Shown here piece after piece: positions 58,940 through 64,000 of a DNA stretch of 64,000 nt. The notes under the pieces were generated by a model. The model did no database searches, had not been told where the DNA came from, and saw only the letters and a program-made list of their open reading frames with translations. This DNA is from an uncultured Prevotella sp. (GTDB lineage Bacteria; Bacteroidota; Bacteroidia; Bacteroidales; Bacteroidaceae), in assembly GCA_964420715.1 (NCBI GenBank), contig CAYQUN010000012.1:4418-68417 (forward strand), in the 5' to 3' direction. The number at the start of each line of letters is the position of its first letter. Position 1 is the stretch's first letter. The position numbers and the translations under genes were made by a program.

Positions 58940-60643
58940 ATGAAACGAGCAATATATAAGTTGGCAATTCTTGCTGCCGTAATGCCAATGGCAAGCTGTA
59001 ACGACTTCCTCGACAAAGATGTCTTGGGTAATCCGACAGAAAAGAATTACTACGACACGCAATACAAGATGCAGAGTGCGCTTGATGCCGTGTACGACGA
59101 ATTGCAATCCGACGCATACAACGATCAGGAGTGGCGCTTTGGCGAGGCCATGGGCGACAACGTGTTTGGCGTCGACGAGGGCATCTCATCACAGATGGGC
59201 CAGCTCGTCAACTTCCGCTTCAGTACTTCCAACACATGGATTCTGCAAAGATGGAATGTGAACTATGTCGGCATCCATCGGGCCAACCAGGTCATATACA
59301 ACATCCACCGGGTGAGAATCACCAACGACCAAGTTGGCACTTATAATAATGTGCGCTGGATTTACGGGCAGGCCAAGTTCCTCCGCGCCTACTACTACTT
59401 CAATCTCGTGAAGACCTTTGGCGGCGTTCCCATCCGCCCGGAGGAAGAGGGGGTCGACTCCCTTGTCGTGCCCCGCTCTACCAAGGAGCAGTGCTACGCC
59501 TACATCGAGAAAGACCTGCGCGAGGCCGCAATCATGCTGCCTAACGTCTATGCCTCGTCGGCTGACTTGGGCAAGGTGACCCGCGGCGCCGCTATTGCCT
59601 TGCTGATGAAGGTGCTCATGTATGAGGCCAAGCCCGAAGTGCCTTCGGACAAATGGCAGGAGATGGTGGAACTGGGCCGCTACATGGTCGACAACCAGCC
59701 TCTGACTTATCGCCAGATACTGAAATATGATGGTACGGAACCCTGGGAAGACCTGAGGGAGCGGCTGTGGTTCAAGCCTGTGGACAAGATTGATGGTGGA
59801 GAGCAGAACACGTCCGAATATGAAAAGCCTGACGACCAACTGCCTTCAATGGCCAATGTCTACTCTTTGGAATACAAAGACTACTATGGCAACGCGCTGC
59901 ATAACGGAGACAAGATGTCTTATCTGTTCCAGTTCTACAATGCCGGAGAGTTCTGCCGTGGTTCGGTTTGGGAAGTGGTCTTCAAAGAGAGCGCGGACGG
60001 AACGGGCGGCGACACGAACGAGGGCCAGGGACTGGAGTTCTTCGATGTCGGCCAGGTCAAGATGTATGCCACCGACCAGCTTCTGAACAACATCTTCGGA
60101 TCGGATGTGCGCAAGGACTTCACCATCCACCACCAGGGACAGACTTTCGACGGCGAGATATGGCAAGGCGGCGAAGGCAACTATGTGTCGCTCAAATGGT
60201 ATACTCCGAAGACGGACAAGCCCAAATACGCGGGTGACAATGGCAAGAACAGGCGCATCATACGCTATGCCGACGTGGTGCTGATGTATGCCGAGGCTCT
60301 CAATGAGTGCGGCTACCGGCAGGAGGCTTTGAACAATCTGAACAAGTGCAAGGCCCAGGTCAACAAGCTCGACAACTCAACCAAGCTCTATGTGGCAGGC
60401 GGATATGGCTACATCCGTAGCCAGATTTGGCAAGAGCGCCGCATGGAGTTCGCCTTTGAGTGGGACCGCTACTTTGACATGGTGCGCGAAGGGCAGGCAG
60501 CCAAGCTGCTTCACCAGTTCGCCTCTTACCGTTCGACACGTCGTGGCGCCTATTTCCGCGAGGGGGTCAACGAGCTGATGCCTATTCCTCAAACGGAGAT
60601 CGATGTGTCAAACGGCGTGGTCACACAGAACCCAGGATATTAA
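58940..60643 (+). CDS. susD: SusD-like lipoprotein 3
   Basis: Lipobox MASC, IRYADVVLMYAEAL, ERRMEFAFEWDRYFD and QNPGY. Confidence 0.95.
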   Translation: MKRAIYKLAILAAVMPMASCNDFLDKDVLGNPTEKNYYDTQYKMQSALDAVYDELQSDAYNDQEWRFGEAMGDNVFGVDEGISSQMGQLVNFRFSTSNTWILQRWNVNYVGIHRANQVIYNIHRVRITNDQVGTYNNVRWIYGQAKFLRAYYYFNLVKTFGGVPIRPEEEGVDSLVVPRSTKEQCYAYIEKDLREAAIMLPNVYASSADLGKVTRGAAIALLMKVLMYEAKPEVPSDKWQEMVELGRYMVDNQPLTYRQILKYDGTEPWEDLRERLWFKPVDKIDGGEQNTSEYEKPDDQLPSMANVYSLEYKDYYGNALHNGDKMSYLFQFYNAGEFCRGSVWEVVFKESADGTGGDTNEGQGLEFFDVGQVKMYATDQLLNNIFGSDVRKDFTIHHQGQTFDGEIWQGGEGNYVSLKWYTPKTDKPKYAGDNGKNRRIIRYADVVLMYAEALNECGYRQEALNNLNKCKAQVNKLDNSTKLYVAGGYGYIRSQIWQERRMEFAFEWDRYFDMVREGQAAKLLHQFASYRSTRRGAYFREGVNELMPIPQTEIDVSNGVVTQNPGY

Positions 60644-60673
60644 AACATGAAAATCAGCATTTAAACTTTAGAA

Positions 60674-61648
60674 ATGATGAGAAAAACATTTTTTTTCCTG
60701 ATAGCGGCTTTGGTTCTGCTGGGAATGACGGCGTGTTCCGACGAGAATGAGCCGGCGCGCACTCCGGTTGCCTCTGCCACAATCAGCCAGACGGATTTGG
60801 AAGTAAACCAAAGTATGCAGATTACGTTCAACGGCGTTGCCGACCAAGTCGTGGTCTATACGGGAGATGAAGGACACAACTTCGCCCTGCGCGACTCCAG
60901 TGATACGGGGTTCCCCGTCAACAAGGGGCTCTTCACTTACTCTTACTCCCTGCCCGGCAATTATCATGTAGTGGTCGTGGCGTCCACCTACGACACGTAC
61001 CTGGGCGACGGGTTGCGGCAAGACACGACAGCCTTTGACGTCAAGGTGACTGATGATGTCACGGAGCTGGAGAACGTCTACTCCTCCATCACTCCGAACA
61101 TCTATTATGCCGAGCTCTTGGACAACAACGCCTGGGTGCTCCGGCTGCCTACCAAGCAGGTCTATAACAACCGTGACGTGGTGCTTCGCGCCAACCGGCA
61201 GCGCTTGAGCTTTGACATTGCCTCCGGTGCGACAAACATCTATATAGACGGAGAGTTGTGGCAACAGAGAAACTATTATGACCTTACCCAAACGCACGAC
61301 ATCCATGTGGTGGCCAATTCCGGGGCGACTCGTGACTACAAGCTCTACACCCTGATCTATCCGGAACTGGAATCGGTATCCGTCAATGGCGTGAAGGGCA
61401 CGCTGAAGCGCGACCCCTTTGACCAAAGCGCGCAGACATACAGCTTTAAGTTGCCGGCCGGATCTGACCTCGCCAATGCAACCATAACCTTCTCTGCCAA
61501 CGAAGACGCGAGGTTCCTGGTGAATGGGCAAGAGGTGGCATCTGGCTCGACGGTGGACCTCACAAGCGGAAACATAACCCTCGTGACAACATCACCGGAG
61601 AACAGCGAAGTCTATGCGACATCACATCTGACTTTCTTAACTGAATGA
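60674..61648 (+). CDS. Surface lipoprotein with PKD/Ig-like domains (probable glycan-binding protein)
   Basis: Lipobox MTAC then SDENE; beta-rich; position after susD. Confidence 0.7.
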   Translation: MMRKTFFFLIAALVLLGMTACSDENEPARTPVASATISQTDLEVNQSMQITFNGVADQVVVYTGDEGHNFALRDSSDTGFPVNKGLFTYSYSLPGNYHVVVVASTYDTYLGDGLRQDTTAFDVKVTDDVTELENVYSSITPNIYYAELLDNNAWVLRLPTKQVYNNRDVVLRANRQRLSFDIASGATNIYIDGELWQQRNYYDLTQTHDIHVVANSGATRDYKLYTLIYPELESVSVNGVKGTLKRDPFDQSAQTYSFKLPAGSDLANATITFSANEDARFLVNGQEVASGSTVDLTSGNITLVTTSPENSEVYATSHLTFLTE

Positions 61649-63621
61649 TACTATTTATGAAAAAGGCGACACTGATTTTCCTTTTCAACTTTTGCATAGC
61701 GCTGGCAGCCTTGGCTGCCAGCCATGTGCCGTATCAGGGGTCCCGCATATTTTGGGATACATCAACGCTGAAGACCGTCTTCGCAAGCGGTGGCTATGCC
61801 AGAATCGCCCAGCTGCAAGACGGAAGGCTTATGGCGTGTGTTGAGAACAACGGCATAGACATCTCCTTTAGTAGCAACAAGGGGAATACATGGTCGGCTC
61901 CTGTGAAGATTGTGAGCAACGGCAACATCCCGGAGTGCGTGCCAGACCTGCTGCAAACTGCTGACGGGACCATCATCGTAGCCTATAATCCACGCCCCAA
62001 CGAGCCCTACTCGGCTGACCGGCGCTTCGGAATCCATCTTAAACGCAGCACTGACAATGGAAGGACCTGGAGTGACGACATTCCTGTTTTCGATGCCGAC
62101 TTCAATTATTGGAATGGATGCTGGGAACCCTCGCTGCTACAGCTGCCCAACGGCGAGCTCCAACTTTATTTCGCGGACGAGTCGGAATTCCCCTATAGCG
62201 ACGAGCAGCAGATCTCCGTATGCCGTTCTTATGACGATGGTGTCAATTGGACCGCGCCGGCACGCGTCTCCTTCCAAGAAGGCAACGGCGCGCGCGACGG
62301 AATGCCATCGGCCGTCATTCTGAACAATGGGAATATTGCCGTAGCCATTGAGAACAGCGGGTGGCCCGGCGTGGGCGACTTCATTCCCACGATCGTGACG
62401 AGTACGCTCCAGCAGAACTGGAACCCATGGGTGGGATATCCAAGCAATCGGCGATGGAAGGCTTTCGACCCGAGCTATGTAAGCTCTAACGTAAAGGGGG
62501 GCGCGCCCTATATACGCCGGCTGCCATGGGGAGAGACGGTGCTCTCGCATCAATCAACAAGCTTGAACAGCTATGGCAAGTTCGACATGCTGGTCTATGT
62601 CGGCGACGAGAACGCCCAAAACTTCAAGGCCATGAGCAAGCCTTTCTCCTCAAGCGCGCAAAACAGCTACCTGTGGAACTCCCTATGCGTGATTGATACG
62701 GGCGTCGTCGTTGCCGTTGGCAACATTGACGGAGGCCAGGTCGTCATGCAAAAGGGTTATGCGGTAAGGACGTTGCAGGCGCCCTTCGCTTCTCCCACAA
62801 TCGACGGGAGGCAGACGAGTGCCGATGGTTATTACAAGGGGAACGCCAGGCAATTGATATTAGGACGCGAGCGCGGCACGAACTTCACGGCCGATTTCGC
62901 TTATGACGAAGACTCGCTTTATTTTACTTCGAGGGTGTCTGATATCGACCAGGTAACAAACCGTGGATCAAACAGCGACGGCGTGACTCTTCTCATTGAC
63001 ACGAGGAACGCCTCTTCCGACTACCGCATCGCCGAGGGTATCTACCGGCTGCTTTTCCTCGCCAACGGGCAAATGCGCGTGGCCAGAGGAAACGGTTCAA
63101 GCTCATGGCAATGGAGCGGACTAAGCCAGGACACACTTGGCACGCACTATGTGAAGGCGGGGACGACACGATACTATATTGTCGAGGCCGCCATCCCATG
63201 GTCGGCCTTGGGCCTCACCCAGGCCGAGATACCCAACGGCACGCACATGCGTGTGAACGTGATGCTGCAAAACAACAACAAGGACAACAGCAGCATGCCT
63301 GTCGGCTATGAGATGCTCCCTGATTCGAAGCGTGACGAGTCTTGGTCGTGGATGGACTTCTACCTGCAACCCCACGACGCCACGGGCGTGAGAACCGTCA
63401 AGCCTGGCAAGGGCGGCGCCGTCGCCGTACACAACAATGGCCGAGACATCACCATTGAGGGAGGCGACGTCAACACGACGGAAGTCTACACGGCCGCAGG
63501 GTTGCTCGTCGGAAAGTATAATGGGAGGCGCTTCACCCTGCCAGCGTCAATCCGGGGCATCGTCCTGATACGGATAAAGTTGTCGGACAATAGCACCGTA
63601 ACTCAAAAAATATTGCTGTAA
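61645..63621 (+). CDS. BNR/Asp-box beta-propeller hydrolase (GH93-like) plus CBM9-like domain plus T9SS CTD
   Basis: Asp-boxes SSNKGNTW, STDNGRTW and SYDDGVNW; GYAR, WEP, RDGMP, AIE and APY motifs; CBM9-like PTIDG...YIVEAAIPW; TGV...QKILL CTD. Confidence 0.7.
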   Translation: MILFMKKATLIFLFNFCIALAALAASHVPYQGSRIFWDTSTLKTVFASGGYARIAQLQDGRLMACVENNGIDISFSSNKGNTWSAPVKIVSNGNIPECVPDLLQTADGTIIVAYNPRPNEPYSADRRFGIHLKRSTDNGRTWSDDIPVFDADFNYWNGCWEPSLLQLPNGELQLYFADESEFPYSDEQQISVCRSYDDGVNWTAPARVSFQEGNGARDGMPSAVILNNGNIAVAIENSGWPGVGDFIPTIVTSTLQQNWNPWVGYPSNRRWKAFDPSYVSSNVKGGAPYIRRLPWGETVLSHQSTSLNSYGKFDMLVYVGDENAQNFKAMSKPFSSSAQNSYLWNSLCVIDTGVVVAVGNIDGGQVVMQKGYAVRTLQAPFASPTIDGRQTSADGYYKGNARQLILGRERGTNFTADFAYDEDSLYFTSRVSDIDQVTNRGSNSDGVTLLIDTRNASSDYRIAEGIYRLLFLANGQMRVARGNGSSSWQWSGLSQDTLGTHYVKAGTTRYYIVEAAIPWSALGLTQAEIPNGTHMRVNVMLQNNNKDNSSMPVGYEMLPDSKRDESWSWMDFYLQPHDATGVRTVKPGKGGAVAVHNNGRDITIEGGDVNTTEVYTAAGLLVGKYNGRRFTLPASIRGIVLIRIKLSDNSTVTQKILL

Positions 63622-63631
63622 ACCTCATCGC

Positions 63632-63743
63632 ATAGCTAACCCGTTTGCGCAAATCTTTTAAAAAAGATTTGTTTTTCTCATTTTTTTTTGCGAATTTTGT
63701 ATTCGTCTATGCATAAACAATATTTCGCAAACGGGTTAGCTAT
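63632..63743. repeat. 18-bp perfect inverted repeat pair flanking a 76-bp spacer
   Basis: ATAGCTAACCCGTTTGCG (63632-63649) and CGCAAACGGGTTAGCTAT (63726-63743). Confidence 0.9.
63668..63699 (+). promoter_or_regulatory. Promoter-like element inside the inverted repeat
   Basis: TTTG-N20-GAATTTTG, one mismatch to the -33 TTTG / -7 TAnnTTTG consensus, pointing at the HTCS gene. Confidence 0.55.
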
Positions 63744-63744
63744 C

Positions 63745-64000
63745 ATGAAGAGGGGGTATTGCTCCATTTTTGTCGTTATCGCGTCGTTCCTACTGGGTGG
63801 AACGGCGGCAGATGCCCGTGACTTCTTTTTCCAGCACATCAACAGCCTTTCCGGACTGCCACACCAGCAGGTGGAAGCCATAGCGCAAGACGGCGAGGGA
63901 TATATGTGGTTTGGCACACGGAACGGACTCGCACGGTATGACGGAGCCGACATGAAGACCTTTTACCATGCCAGCGACAACCCCCACTCCTTGGGCCACA
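63745..64000 (+). CDS. Hybrid two-component sensor/regulator, N-terminal part (Reg_prop propeller)
   Basis: Not in the ORF track. Manual translation MKRGYCSIFVVIASFLLGG...SGLPHQQVEAIAQDGEGYMWFGTRNGLARYDG; runs off the window. Confidence 0.8.
   Translation, partial: MKRGYCSIFVVIASFLLGGTAADARDFFFQHINSLSGLPHQQVEAIAQDGEGYMWFGTRNGLARYDGADMKTFYHASDNPHSLGH

Larger units (their letters stand above)
49520..64000 (+). other. Second PUL (GH2-GH43-ELWxxDGT-SusC/D-lipoprotein-GH93-like-HTCS); substrate unknown
   Basis: Co-directional cluster behind its own promoter, with a SusC/D pair and an HTCS. Confidence 0.85.

Noticed and set aside
61645-63621. GH33 sialidase
   Set aside because: Asp-boxes alone are not diagnostic, and the RIP motif and arginine triad are not evident.

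Overview
Bacteroidota window, most consistent with Prevotellaceae (TAnnTTTG promoters, SusC/D pairs, short Prevotella-type T9SS C-terminal domains). Positions 1-19 kb hold housekeeping and envelope genes (modF-like, ruvC, MBL hydrolase, rsmG, GHL10, a beta-barrel plus a Tyr/Trp/Gly-rich protein, prmA, GH25, pfp, acyltransferase, amidase-like/FN3, ygiQ, PP2C-like). Positions 19-64 kb are a continuous glycan-utilisation region in several transcription units: (1) an AT-rich divergent cassette, GH28-GH2-GH5 on the minus strand and GH26-GH130 phosphorylase-MFS-epimerase on the plus strand (beta-mannan pathway); (2) a GC-rich operon of a T9SS protein, tandem SusC/D-SusC/D, a surface glycan-binding protein and GH26; (3) a 1286-aa T9SS BspA-type LRR protein coupled to a 74-aa peptide; (4) a PUL with GH2, GH43, an ELWxxDGT protein, SusC/D, a surface lipoprotein, a GH93-like/CBM9-like enzyme and the start of an HTCS. 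I found no rRNA, tRNA, CRISPR array, transposase or integrase. The best leads are: an 18-bp perfect inverted repeat flanking the promoter and abutting the ATG of the HTCS (candidate invertible promoter or RNA switch); two different operator motifs, each found at identical spacing in two promoters; a module of about 110-130 aa that I cannot name, present four times in three surface proteins; the LRR protein and peptide pair; an ELWxxDGT propeller inside a PUL; a candidate sRNA; and an 11-bp-periodic intergenic repeat. All family assignments are from motif recognition only; no searches were run.
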